Assembly: GCA_003555465.1 (NCBI GenBank)
Contig: PWIB01000024.1
Coordinates: 1 to 34,261 of the forward strand
DNA from: Candidatus Aenigmatarchaeota archaeon
GTDB lineage: Archaea; Aenigmatarchaeota; Aenigmatarchaeia; PWEA01
Reading direction: 5' to 3'
Length of the DNA: 34,261 nucleotides
Made by a program: the position numbers and the translations under genes. Every line of letters starts with the position of its first letter. The first letter of the stretch is position 1. The notes under the pieces are model-generated. The model had not been told where the DNA came from. It saw nothing but the letters and a program-made list of their open reading frames with translations, and ran no database searches. Shown one piece after another: positions 1 through 8,390 of the stretch.

Positions 1-46
1 AGAGGAAAAAGATAAAAGTAAGCGCGAATTAAGTTATCTTGGTACG

Positions 47-763
47 ATGAAAAGATTGAGCAGTGGAATTTCCGACCTAGACGGAAAGATCGAAGGAGGC
101 TTCTTCGAGGGTTCAGTAAACCTCGTTACAGGCAAAACCGGGACAGGTAAGACAGCCTTTTCTGCTTCATTTATCCACGAAGGCATCGAAAACGGTGAGC
201 CGGGGGTTTACATAACTACAGAGGAAGAAGAGGAAGACATAGTAAAGGATGTAAAGGAGATGTTCGGCTGGGATCTGACGGAGTATATGGAAGATGGCGG
301 TAATTTGAAGATAGATTCCGTAAAGCCTGTTTTTCCTACACGGGAAGTTGAAAACATAAACAGCTTGATACGCGGCTACGTCTCTGACTTCATGGAGAAG
401 CTGGAAGAAGACATTGAAGAAGTAGATGCTGAAAGAGTAGTAATTGATTCAGTTTCGCTTATAGAGATGTTCGTAAAGGACGAATACATGGCCAGAGTCG
501 TTATTTCTTCTGTTATAAGAAAGCTGAAGGAGATGGAGGTTACAGCTCTTTTGGTAGGAACAATACCGGAGACATCCGAAGGTCTCACGGAAGGAGGTAT
601 AGTTGAGTATCTGGTCGATAGTGTAGTAAAGCTTGAATTTACGCCGATATCGGATAGGTACAACAGAACTCTGGAGATAAGGAAGATGAGAAGGACAGAT
701 CACGAGATAGAGATCTTTCCTATAGAAATATCTGATACAGGTCTAAGGTTAAAGGAGAAATAA
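47..763 (+). CDS. KaiC/RAD55-family single-domain RecA-fold ATPase
   Basis: N-terminal SSGISDLD, Walker A GKTGTGKT, YITTEE, Walker B RVVIDS, VEYLVDSVV and RTLEIRKMR motifs typical of archaeal KaiC-like ATPases. Confidence 0.9.
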   Translation: MKRLSSGISDLDGKIEGGFFEGSVNLVTGKTGTGKTAFSASFIHEGIENGEPGVYITTEEEEEDIVKDVKEMFGWDLTEYMEDGGNLKIDSVKPVFPTREVENINSLIRGYVSDFMEKLEEDIEEVDAERVVIDSVSLIEMFVKDEYMARVVISSVIRKLKEMEVTALLVGTIPETSEGLTEGGIVEYLVDSVVKLEFTPISDRYNRTLEIRKMRRTDHEIEIFPIEISDTGLRLKEK

Positions 764-769
764 TTCCAG

Positions 770-1444
770 CTAGACTATGGACTGGCCTACGTCTATTCCC
801 TTGTCAGTTATCTCGAAGGAAACCGTTTCCGTGGATATATCACTTTTCCTCATTTTTCTGACTTGCAGTGACCTGTATCCCTTTTCGCCGACTCCTTGGA
901 AGTAGAGAGCTATGACCCCGTCTACTGCGTACTGTACTACGTCGTGTCTCGTTAACCTTTCACTTCCTGATGGAGATTCAGCCGTTATGACTGCTGTAGT
1001 TCCCGTTTCCTTGATCGTCTTTATCATCTCGTATATAGCTTTCCTTATCTCATAGGGATCTTCATGGTAGAGTGTTAGGATTGATGTAGAGTCTATCGCA
1101 AGCCTGTCTATATCCTTTCTCTCAAGTTCGTTCCTGAACCAGAAGAGCTCTTCGTCCTCCTTTTCAAAGGGATCCTTTGTCTTGAAGTTTACCTGCTCTT
1201 CATACTTCTCGAAGTCCCAGCCGAAAAGCTTTGCTTCTTTTTTTATCTGTGAAGATGGCTCCTCGAAGGATACGAACATGCAGTTTTCTCCTTCCTGAAG
1301 GCCTTTCCACAGAAACTGGCTACAGAAAGTAGTCTTGCCTGCTCCAGATTCTCCGCTTACCAAAACAACATTACCTTCAGGTATTCCTCCTTTCAGAAGT
1401 TCGTCAAGTCCCGGCAGACCGGTTTCAACTCTATCGATTTCCAT
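770..1444 (-). CDS. KaiC/RAD55-family single-domain RecA-fold ATPase
   Basis: TGLPGLDELLKGGIP, Walker A GESGAGKT, FVSFEE, RLAIDS, QYAVDGVI, RSLQVRKMR; convergent with the first paralogue. Confidence 0.92.
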   Translation of the reverse strand: MEIDRVETGLPGLDELLKGGIPEGNVVLVSGESGAGKTTFCSQFLWKGLQEGENCMFVSFEEPSSQIKKEAKLFGWDFEKYEEQVNFKTKDPFEKEDEELFWFRNELERKDIDRLAIDSTSILTLYHEDPYEIRKAIYEMIKTIKETGTTAVITAESPSGSERLTRHDVVQYAVDGVIALYFQGVGEKGYRSLQVRKMRKSDISTETVSFEITDKGIDVGQSIV

Positions 1445-1487
1445 AAGCTCACTGAAGTTAATAGTGGTCTAGAACTTTAAAAGATTT

Positions 1488-4340
1488 TTAACCCTTTATT
1501 ACGCCCATGGTGTCTAGCTTTAGAACCTTTTCTACAACTCCCAAATCATGTGAAGTCTCTACTACTTCCCTCAGGTCCTTGTAGGCCCCGGGTGCTTCCT
1601 CCGCGACAACCGGCATCGAGGCTGCCTTTACAAGTATACCTTTGGTTTCTTCGAGGTCCTTCGCTACCGTTTCGCCCCAGAACTTACCTTTGGCCTTACT
1701 TCTGGACATCGTCCTCCCTGAACCATGTGGTGCAGTTCCGAAGGAAAGGTCCATTGACTTCTCCTGGCCTCGAAGTAGATAGCTTCCTTCGCCCATGTTA
1801 CCTGGTATGAGAACTGGCTGCCCGACGTCTCTGTACTTTTCTGGAACCTTTTCGTGACCCGGTGGAAATGCACGTGTAGCTCCCTTTCTGTGTACATAGA
1901 CCTCCTTCTCCCCGCCGTTTATTTCATGCTTCTCTTTCTTCGCTACGTTGTGGCAAACTCCGTAGACGAGTTCCAGATCTTTGTAATCGATATCAAATAC
2001 CTCTTCAAAGGCTTTTCTTGCCTGGTGCATTATCACCTGTCTGTTGGCGAAGGCGAAGTTTACTGCGCAGCTCATAGCCTTGAAGTATCTGTCCGCCATC
2101 TTTGAGCCGCCTGGTGCATAAACCAGCTCCTTGTCAGGAAGCTTTCTAACCAGGTTCTTGTACTTCTTCTCCGTTTCACGAAGATAGTCCGTGCAGACCT
2201 GATGGCCGAATCCCCTTGATCCTGTATGTATCATTAAGCATACCTGATCCTCATCGAGTCCAAACTCTCCGGCAACTTTTTCATTGTCGATGTTTCCTAC
2301 CTTTTCGACCTCGAGGAAATGGTTGCCTGCTCCCAAACAGCCTACCTGATCCTTGCCACGGTTTAGCGCCTTTTGTGAAACTTCGGATGAGTCTGCGCTT
2401 TCCATTCTCCCGTTTTCCTCAAGTGTTTCGAGATCCTTCTCCAGCCCGTATCCGTTTTCAACTGCCCATTTTGCGCCGTTTTCGAGAAGCTCCTTGAGCT
2501 CGTCTTCCGAAAGAGAGATGTTTGAGCCTTTTCCTACACCGGAAGGAACCTTCTGGAAAAGTACATTTATGAGCTCTTTGAGCTTTCCTCTTACCTCAGA
2601 AGCCCCCAAAGGTGTTTTAACGAGCCTGACTCCACAATTTGAAACCACAAACTCGTTGCCTATGAAGTTGTGATCAGAATGCTTTACACCTATATCGTAA
2701 ACCTTTTCCTTGGGCCTCCTTTCTATAAAAGAAATGGGTACTTTTGCAGTGAGATTGTCTTTCACTTGGATTTCCTCGGCAAATTCGTCATATCCTGGAA
2801 AGTTTTCTGAAGGTCTGGAGCCTGTCTTCCTTTCACCGTAAATACTTCTCTGGATAAACCTATCATTAATCTCAAATTCTCCTTTTATTTTCTGTGCGCC
2901 CTCACCACTCTCATACATCTCCAATGCCTTAGATGCAATCTTATCACGTTTCCGTACATTCTCGCGTTTCGCTTTTAGGTAAAGTGCTGCCTTCACAGCC
3001 TCTTTCTGTTTAGGGAGGCTATATCGGAAACCGACCTTAGTGAAAAATCTTATAAGGTTGTCTGTATCGTTTTTTACACCAAATCTAAACCGAAGATTCT
3101 CTTTGTTGGATTCAGCTTCGAACACCTCTAAGTTATTTGTCTTTATCCCTATTTCTTCCAGATGTTGTTTAAGGCCCTCCATAAACTTTTTGGCACTCTC
3201 TTTGTGTTTTTTTGATCTGTTGTGTGAGAGAGCGGGTGGATACATATTCTTATTGGTTTGTGCAGCAGGCGTGGACATCTCGGCCCCAAAAAATGTGGAC
3301 ATATAGAGGGCTTTCTGCCAATTAGTTAACCTTTCAAAATAATCTGGCAGTGTAAAATCATTTTCCCCTTTCTTTCCTTCGGGGACTCCAAGTTTCTTCA
3401 AAAGCTTCTGAAAAGCACGAGAGGTCGAACGAACACTGTATTCAGTAGTTTCAAACTCTTTCCCGTCTATATTGTGCTCCCTGTCCCTAGAATATATTTT
3501 TGAGGGTTTGACACCCAATCTTTCAATGTCCTTCTGGATCATCTCCAAGCTTTCTGGATCACCGTAGAACCAGGTCTGCTTTTCACCACTGAAGGAACCG
3601 TCTCCAGTGTGATAACCCACAAGTTTAAGAAGTATGTTGAACTTTCTGTCTGTACTTTTTAAAGGCAGTAAGTCTCTTTCTTGGAGATAGTTTAATATCT
3701 GATGGTTTTCCCCTTGAAAATCCCCCTCATCCAAAACTGTAAACTCCTCGGGACTCTCATCCTCAATTCCTTGGAAGGGGTTCACGTATACGAAAGAACC
3801 TTCCTCGAGTTCCTCCAATTTCTTCATACCGTTGGGGGTTAAAAAATTATGATCAGGAGAAGCTTTAATATCCTGACCTGTTGCAGTTTTTACCTCAAAG
3901 ACTGTCTTTTCACTCTCCGTTAGGAGCTGGATTTTTGATTCCGTCTTTCTCTCTGAGGCTACAATGGCTCTTTCTTCCTCAAGATCAGGTCTCAGTTCTT
4001 TTATTTCCCTTTTTCTACCGAACTCTAAAAGTACCTCCGAATCTCCAGACAAGCAGTTAATATCGTAGCCCACACCCCCCGGACTTATACCGCCTTCTTC
4101 CGTGTCTAAGGCCGCCACGCCTCCGATCGGGAAGCCGTAGCCTTGGTGAGCGTCGGGCATGGCTATAGAGTGCTTGTATATACCAGGGAGATGAGCTACG
4201 TTTTTTATCTGTTCGAGTGTTTTATCCTGTTTTATTCCTTTGAGAAGATCCTCGGAAGCGTAGACTCTACCTGGGACGTTCATCTCGTTCTCTTGTTCAA
4301 TTTCCCATGTATTTTCATCGATCTTTCTGAGTTCGACCAT
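1488..4340 (-). CDS. rtcB: tRNA-splicing ligase RtcB, intein-containing precursor (950 aa; about 477 aa after splicing)
   Basis: MPDAHQGYGFPIGGV, GYDIN/CGVR split by an intein, LGAGNHFLE, HTGSRGFGH, HNVAK, HRKGATRA, HGSGR, EEAPGAYK. Confidence 0.97.
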   Translation of the reverse strand: MVELRKIDENTWEIEQENEMNVPGRVYASEDLLKGIKQDKTLEQIKNVAHLPGIYKHSIAMPDAHQGYGFPIGGVAALDTEEGGISPGGVGYDINCLSGDSEVLLEFGRKREIKELRPDLEEERAIVASERKTESKIQLLTESEKTVFEVKTATGQDIKASPDHNFLTPNGMKKLEELEEGSFVYVNPFQGIEDESPEEFTVLDEGDFQGENHQILNYLQERDLLPLKSTDRKFNILLKLVGYHTGDGSFSGEKQTWFYGDPESLEMIQKDIERLGVKPSKIYSRDREHNIDGKEFETTEYSVRSTSRAFQKLLKKLGVPEGKKGENDFTLPDYFERLTNWQKALYMSTFFGAEMSTPAAQTNKNMYPPALSHNRSKKHKESAKKFMEGLKQHLEEIGIKTNNLEVFEAESNKENLRFRFGVKNDTDNLIRFFTKVGFRYSLPKQKEAVKAALYLKAKRENVRKRDKIASKALEMYESGEGAQKIKGEFEINDRFIQRSIYGERKTGSRPSENFPGYDEFAEEIQVKDNLTAKVPISFIERRPKEKVYDIGVKHSDHNFIGNEFVVSNCGVRLVKTPLGASEVRGKLKELINVLFQKVPSGVGKGSNISLSEDELKELLENGAKWAVENGYGLEKDLETLEENGRMESADSSEVSQKALNRGKDQVGCLGAGNHFLEVEKVGNIDNEKVAGEFGLDEDQVCLMIHTGSRGFGHQVCTDYLRETEKKYKNLVRKLPDKELVYAPGGSKMADRYFKAMSCAVNFAFANRQVIMHQARKAFEEVFDIDYKDLELVYGVCHNVAKKEKHEINGGEKEVYVHRKGATRAFPPGHEKVPEKYRDVGQPVLIPGNMGEGSYLLRGQEKSMDLSFGTAPHGSGRTMSRSKAKGKFWGETVAKDLEETKGILVKAASMPVVAEEAPGAYKDLREVVETSHDLGVVEKVLKLDTMGVIKG
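2637..4055 (-). mobile_element. Intein (473 aa) with LAGLIDADG homing endonuclease in RtcB
   Basis: Starts CLSGDSEV after GYDIN; block B ASPDHNFLT; LAGLIDADG-like LVGYHTGDGS and YMSTFFGAEM; ends VYDIGV..HNFIGNEFVVSN followed by +1 Cys (CGVRL). Confidence 0.95.
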
Positions 4341-4402
4341 TTCATCACCCGGACATGCTAATATTCTTCTTTAAGAACTTATAATTATGGGAGAACTTCG
4401 GC

Positions 4403-4891
4403 TTACACAGTCTTCAGCTTGAAAAATACGCCGCAGCCCTTCAGTGCCTCGTAAACTCTATCGGCCACTTCAAGTGCTCCTTCTATGTTACTGTCTTCGG
4501 GCCAGCGGTATACGTAGTCGTATTCACCCTTTATAGGCTCAAAGCCTATCGACATGAGGTCGGCTATCTTCTCATCTATGTCCGAAGGAGCCTCGCCACC
4601 TTCACTTCTAAAGACAAGCTTTAGATAAGTCTTCATTTCATCCTCGTCGGGCTCTTGATGTTTTCCACCCTCACTGTTTTCCAACTGGAACAGTATCTTT
4701 TTCCCTTTCAGAAGTTCCTGGATCTTGTCGCCTATGCTTTCAATCTGTTGAGAAGATGTGTCTTCGTCCCAGTCGTACCTGTAGTCGTAGTCCCCTCTCG
4801 TTAGCTTGAAACCTAGGTCCTTGAAGGTCTTCGTAACTTCAGAGGGCCTGTCGCCGTCGGAGTTGAAAAATACTGTAAGGTAGGTCTTCAT
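4403..4891 (-). CDS. Hypothetical protein made of two tandem ~75-aa homologous domains
   Basis: Two repeats of MKTYL.(V/L)F.S(D/E)G..PS....GF....G.YDY.Y.W...D......LKG....F.L; GGTGG SD before ATG at 4891; second repeat starts at Met 4636. Confidence 0.8.
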   Translation of the reverse strand: MKTYLTVFFNSDGDRPSEVTKTFKDLGFKLTRGDYDYRYDWDEDTSSQQIESIGDKIQELLKGKKILFQLENSEGGKHQEPDEDEMKTYLKLVFRSEGGEAPSDIDEKIADLMSIGFEPIKGEYDYVYRWPEDSNIEGALEVADRVYEALKGCGVFFKLKTV

Positions 4892-4960
4892 CTTTCCACC
4901 CAGTACCACTTTCCATGGGAGACTTAAATTCTTTTAGGGTGTCGAGAAAACATGTCGGAT

Positions 4961-5392
4961 TTATACATCAGGCGTTATAATTGTTTCCCATATACCGTCC
5001 TTCTTTTCTACTTTCATACCGAAGTAGGTTATTGCCTTGATTTCTGTTTTTACTTTGTGTCTTTCCCCGTCGAATGTTTCACCTTTGCACTCCGCCTTTA
5101 ATACAAGACCTTCACCTTCTTTACTTATCTCACAGGAGAAGTCAGAAAATAAAATCTTCTCGACATCCCATCTGTAAATGAGCTCGTTCAGAAAGTCGAG
5201 AAGGAGAGCCTCCTTGTCCTCGGCTTCAACGGTAATCAGGTCCACCTGCTTCACGTCCACGGATTTTATATCCGTTATAAGGCTGAAGAGGCCCAGGGCA
5301 GCATTGCTGTACATTTCCTCGAGACTTTCGCCGTAAGCTTTGTAGGCTACGTCGGCTGTAGCCTCTTCTTCGAGAACTTCAAACTTCTTCAT
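4961..5392 (-). CDS. Archease (RtcB cofactor)
   Basis: TADV, AYGESLEE, LLLDFLNELIY, EIKAITY, C-terminal DV; start set at MKKFEV (5392) because the upstream ORF extension overlaps the tRNA. Confidence 0.92.
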   Translation of the reverse strand: MKKFEVLEEEATADVAYKAYGESLEEMYSNAALGLFSLITDIKSVDVKQVDLITVEAEDKEALLLDFLNELIYRWDVEKILFSDFSCEISKEGEGLVLKAECKGETFDGERHKVKTEIKAITYFGMKVEKKDGIWETIITPDV

Positions 5393-5475
5393 ACCTTTAC
5401 CTTCAGATTTCAGAAATATAAACATGACCGAAAGATAAATAAAGGGAACTGCAAAACAATTGAACGTCTGAGTGT

Positions 5476-5654
5476 CCCCCGATAGCTCAGGCTGGCAGAG
5501 CGGTCGGCTGTAGACGAGCACCTTGGATGATTACAAAGCGATGGACGTAGCCTAAATCTGCGTCTTTTCGTATCGGTATGATGACATGGTGCTTTGGATT
5601 AGCGCCTCTGCCGATACCGACAGGCCCCGTGTTCAAATCACGGTCGGGGGACCA
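5476..5654 (+). tRNA. tRNA-Tyr(GTA) with a 102-nt intron at 37/38 (5514-5615), CCA encoded
   Basis: Acceptor CCCCCGA/TCGGGGG (C1-G72, A73), D-stem GCTC/GAGC, anticodon stem GTCGG/CCGAC with CT-GTA-G|A loop, T-arm CCGTG-TTCAAAT-CACGG. Confidence 0.93.
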
Positions 5655-5812
5655 CTTCCTATTCTTCAGTAAAGAGTGGAATGTCCTTGCCTACAACGCT
5701 TCCTGATGTTCAATCATTATCATGCTTGCATGCATCTTCAACTTTTCCTTACTGAAAGCTGATCTTGTTTAAAGTTAAAAATCCAGAATCCCTATCTTAC
5801 TATGGTGTTTGT

Positions 5813-6331
5813 ATGAACGTTTCCGAAGCTATTCTGACGCGAAGATCCGTTAGGTCTTACAAGGACAAGGATATCCCTGAGGAAAAGTTGCACAAAGTAA
5901 TAGAGTCCGCAAGGATGGCTCCATCCGCGAGAAACAAACAGGACTGGAAGTTCGTGATAGTACAGGACGAGGAGAAGAAAGACGAACTGCACGAGGCAGC
6001 CAACGGACAGAAGTTTGTCAAGGAAGCCCCTACAGTTATAGTGGGCGTAGCTACCAAACCTGAGGACGAGATGAAATGTGGAGTCGGAACAGGAGTCGTT
6101 GACGTAACTATAGCGATGGACCACATTACACTGAAGGCAACTGAGGAAGGACTCGGAACCTGCTGGATAGGTGCCTTCGACCAAGAAGAGGTCAAGGATA
6201 TACTTAACGTGCCTGAAGGCTGTAGAGTCATAGCTTTGATGCCTATTGGTTATCCTGAAGAGGAACTTGGGGTCATGTACAAAGAAAGGAAGAATCCCGA
6301 GGATATAACCTGCAGAGACACTTATTACTGA
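5813..6331 (+). CDS. Nitroreductase family protein
   Basis: RRSVRSY, APSARNKQDWKF, GLGTCWIG, IGYP motifs; start at MNVSEA. Confidence 0.92.
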   Translation: MNVSEAILTRRSVRSYKDKDIPEEKLHKVIESARMAPSARNKQDWKFVIVQDEEKKDELHEAANGQKFVKEAPTVIVGVATKPEDEMKCGVGTGVVDVTIAMDHITLKATEEGLGTCWIGAFDQEEVKDILNVPEGCRVIALMPIGYPEEELGVMYKERKNPEDITCRDTYY

Positions 6332-6333
6332 GA

Positions 6334-7299
6334 CTAGAGACCGACGACCTTCGAGTAGATTGACCTAGCCTCTTTCCTATCCTTTGCTTTAACTTGCATC
6401 CTACCGTTTTCGAAGAGTATGATTTCTTTACCGGACAAGGTGAAGGTTGTGAACAGGCCCTTGTACTCGCCGCTGTAGTTTTCGGCGATCCTTTCAAGGT
6501 CTACGTCGGCACTTTTAGGCACTACATTGTAACCTTCGCAGGTCTCTTCTACTATTATATCTCCACCTTCCTCTATTATATCAAAGCTATTATGACTGCA
6601 GACCTCACAGCCCTCGTTCTTATCTACCTCCACGGTTCGGAACTCACCCTTCTTCATATCAAAGACAAGGAGGTCCTTGTTAACGTTTCCGAAGCCCGTT
6701 AAGTGTTTGATTACCATATTGCTCTGAACAGAAGATACTAAGGATGTCGCGCTGTTGAGAACTCCTGACTGGGAACAGGTCTCGAGCTTTCCTGGTTCAG
6801 GTGTCCGCGGATACAGACAGCGGAAGCACTCGTTTTCGGAATCGAAGAACTTCACTCTTCCTTCGGCTCTTATAGCGCTACCATGGACGAAGGGAACTCC
6901 TTTCTTGACGCTTACCTCGTTTAGAAGGTAACGTGGTAGCATCGAGTCGAGACAGTCAGCGACTATGTCCACGTCCTTCATCATCTCTTTCCAGGTAAAC
7001 CGGTTGAAGTCCTTCACCAAAGCTTCTATCCTTACCTCGCTTCCTTCTTCAATTATTTCTTTGAGAGCCTCAGCCTTAGGCCTGCCGACGTCAGCCTTCC
7101 TGAAAAGTGTTCTATGTAGGTTGGACTCCTCGACTACGTCTCTGTCGACAAGCCTTAGATTAACTCCTGCTCTGGCTAAATTGTTAGCAACAAGGTTTCC
7201 TAAAGCTCCACAACCAAGGACGAGAACCAAAGAGTCCTGCAACTCTTTCTGTTTATCCTCGCCGAAAAGCGTAATCTGCCGATCGTAGACCTCGGACAT
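6334..7299 (-). CDS. ThiF/MoeB/UbaA-family E1-like adenylyltransferase
   Basis: YDRQI, GCGALG, VDRDVVEESNLHR, CFRC and CEVC zinc motifs, TCSQSGV catalytic Cys. Confidence 0.92.
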   Translation of the reverse strand: MSEVYDRQITLFGEDKQKELQDSLVLVLGCGALGNLVANNLARAGVNLRLVDRDVVEESNLHRTLFRKADVGRPKAEALKEIIEEGSEVRIEALVKDFNRFTWKEMMKDVDIVADCLDSMLPRYLLNEVSVKKGVPFVHGSAIRAEGRVKFFDSENECFRCLYPRTPEPGKLETCSQSGVLNSATSLVSSVQSNMVIKHLTGFGNVNKDLLVFDMKKGEFRTVEVDKNEGCEVCSHNSFDIIEEGGDIIVEETCEGYNVVPKSADVDLERIAENYSGEYKGLFTTFTLSGKEIILFENGRMQVKAKDRKEARSIYSKVVGL

Positions 7300-7346
7300 A
7301 AGAGAATCTTAAAACTCTGAAGATTAAAATAAGTTGTCAGGCATCT

Positions 7347-7772
7347 CTACGGAAGCTCGCAGCCTGTCTCTTCGGCTAGCGTCTCAGGAGGAATCACTCC
7401 TGTTTCATAGTATCCGTTGATGTGAACTTCGGGAACTCCTTCACCCTCCATCTCTTCCTCACATCTCTGACCTTCCACGGTACACTCAACCCAGATAGGA
7501 TCCACTATCTCATAGCCTCCTAAGCTTTCGGCGAGCTGGCCGCAGGCAGGGCACCACTCTGCTCCGTAGACTGTAAGTCCGCCTTCGTCCAGACAGTCTA
7601 TGAAGTCGGTTGCTTCTTCCTCTGTAACTTCGCTACCGGCTATCATGTATCCGGCTGGTGTCTCCTCTCCATCACCTGTAGTAAGGTAAAGACCGGCACC
7701 TATAAGCAGAACTACAACCAGTGAAGCACCCAGAAGGTTCTTACCTGTTATCGTTATCTTGTCATCTGACAT
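7347..7772 (-). CDS. Membrane-anchored thioredoxin-fold protein
   Basis: N-terminal TM helix (LLGASLVVVLLIGAGLYL), YGAEWCPACG CxxC, VEC..C, cis-Pro-like GVP; start at MSDDK. Confidence 0.7.
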   Translation of the reverse strand: MSDDKITITGKNLLGASLVVVLLIGAGLYLTTGDGEETPAGYMIAGSEVTEEEATDFIDCLDEGGLTVYGAEWCPACGQLAESLGGYEIVDPIWVECTVEGQRCEEEMEGEGVPEVHINGYYETGVIPPETLAEETGCELP

Positions 7773-7869
7773 ACTGTTTTTATTTTGAGAAAAAGTATTT
7801 AAGTCTTTGTTTAGGTCGCTCCCGAACAGAGTCGAAAGAAATATAAGCGGTGAAAAACAACCGTTCTCT

Positions 7870-8157
7870 ATGAAAAGAACACCTTTGGTACTTTTTGCTG
7901 CAGGCATAATTTTAACGGCCTTTCTCATTACAGTCTCGTTTGAAGACGAAAGGAGAGACAGGCAGGTAATAGACCACGAAGAGAATATAAACAGGGCACA
8001 ACAGTACTCCGAAGAGCAGGAGGTATGTACAGACGAATATAAGGAGCTGGTTTCGCCCGATGGAGAAGTTACATATGGAGCATCCGACGGATGTGAGATA
8101 TTCTTCCTTGAGGAAAGAGGCTGGAGACCACCAGGAGAAGAAGCTCCGAACAAATGA
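7870..8157 (+). CDS. Small exported or membrane-anchored hypothetical protein
   Basis: Basic N-terminus followed by a hydrophobic helix; CT..Y......C....L...GW domain. Confidence 0.65.
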   Translation: MKRTPLVLFAAGIILTAFLITVSFEDERRDRQVIDHEENINRAQQYSEEQEVCTDEYKELVSPDGEVTYGASDGCEIFFLEERGWRPPGEEAPNK

Positions 8158-8384
8158 TAGTGACAACCTGCCTTGAAGACGAGGAATGTGGCTGGGTAAG
8201 CACCAACTGCTGTCCTGAAAACATGGGAGCGAACTGGGAATGTGTGAACAAGGAAGAGACCGTACTTGACTGTCCCGAAGATCCTGTATGTCCTGCAGTC
8301 ATGAGTCCAGTGCCGGACCAGGAATGTGCATGTGTGGATGGATCCTGTGAGGCTCTTGGAGAAAACGGAGAAGTTTTAGAATAA
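8154..8384 (+). CDS. Cys-rich (disulfide) domain protein, possibly the frameshifted C-terminus of the preceding ORF
   Basis: C..D.EC......CC...C...C...C.C....C pattern, no signal peptide, ATGA overlap. Confidence 0.6.
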   Translation: MIVTTCLEDEECGWVSTNCCPENMGANWECVNKEETVLDCPEDPVCPAVMSPVPDQECACVDGSCEALGENGEVLE

Positions 8385-8390
8385 GTAAAG

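Noticed and set aside
5351-5361. 11-nt match GTCGGCTGTAG in the archease gene identical to the tRNA-Tyr 5' exon end (5503-5513)
   Set aside because: It encodes the conserved TAD motif on the other strand, is short and was noticed post hoc; probably coincidence unless the synonymous codons prove conserved.
5781-5790. ATCCAGAATC downstream of tRNA-Tyr also occurs at 15921-15930 at the element boundary
   Set aside because: Only 10 nt, not followed by a tRNA-Tyr 3'-end copy, and expected by chance in 34 kb.
7773-8153. N-terminal 126 aa of the 268-aa minus-strand ORF
   Set aside because: Overlaps a plausible plus-strand gene and the AT-rich divergent promoter; the real start is probably MSDDK at 7772.
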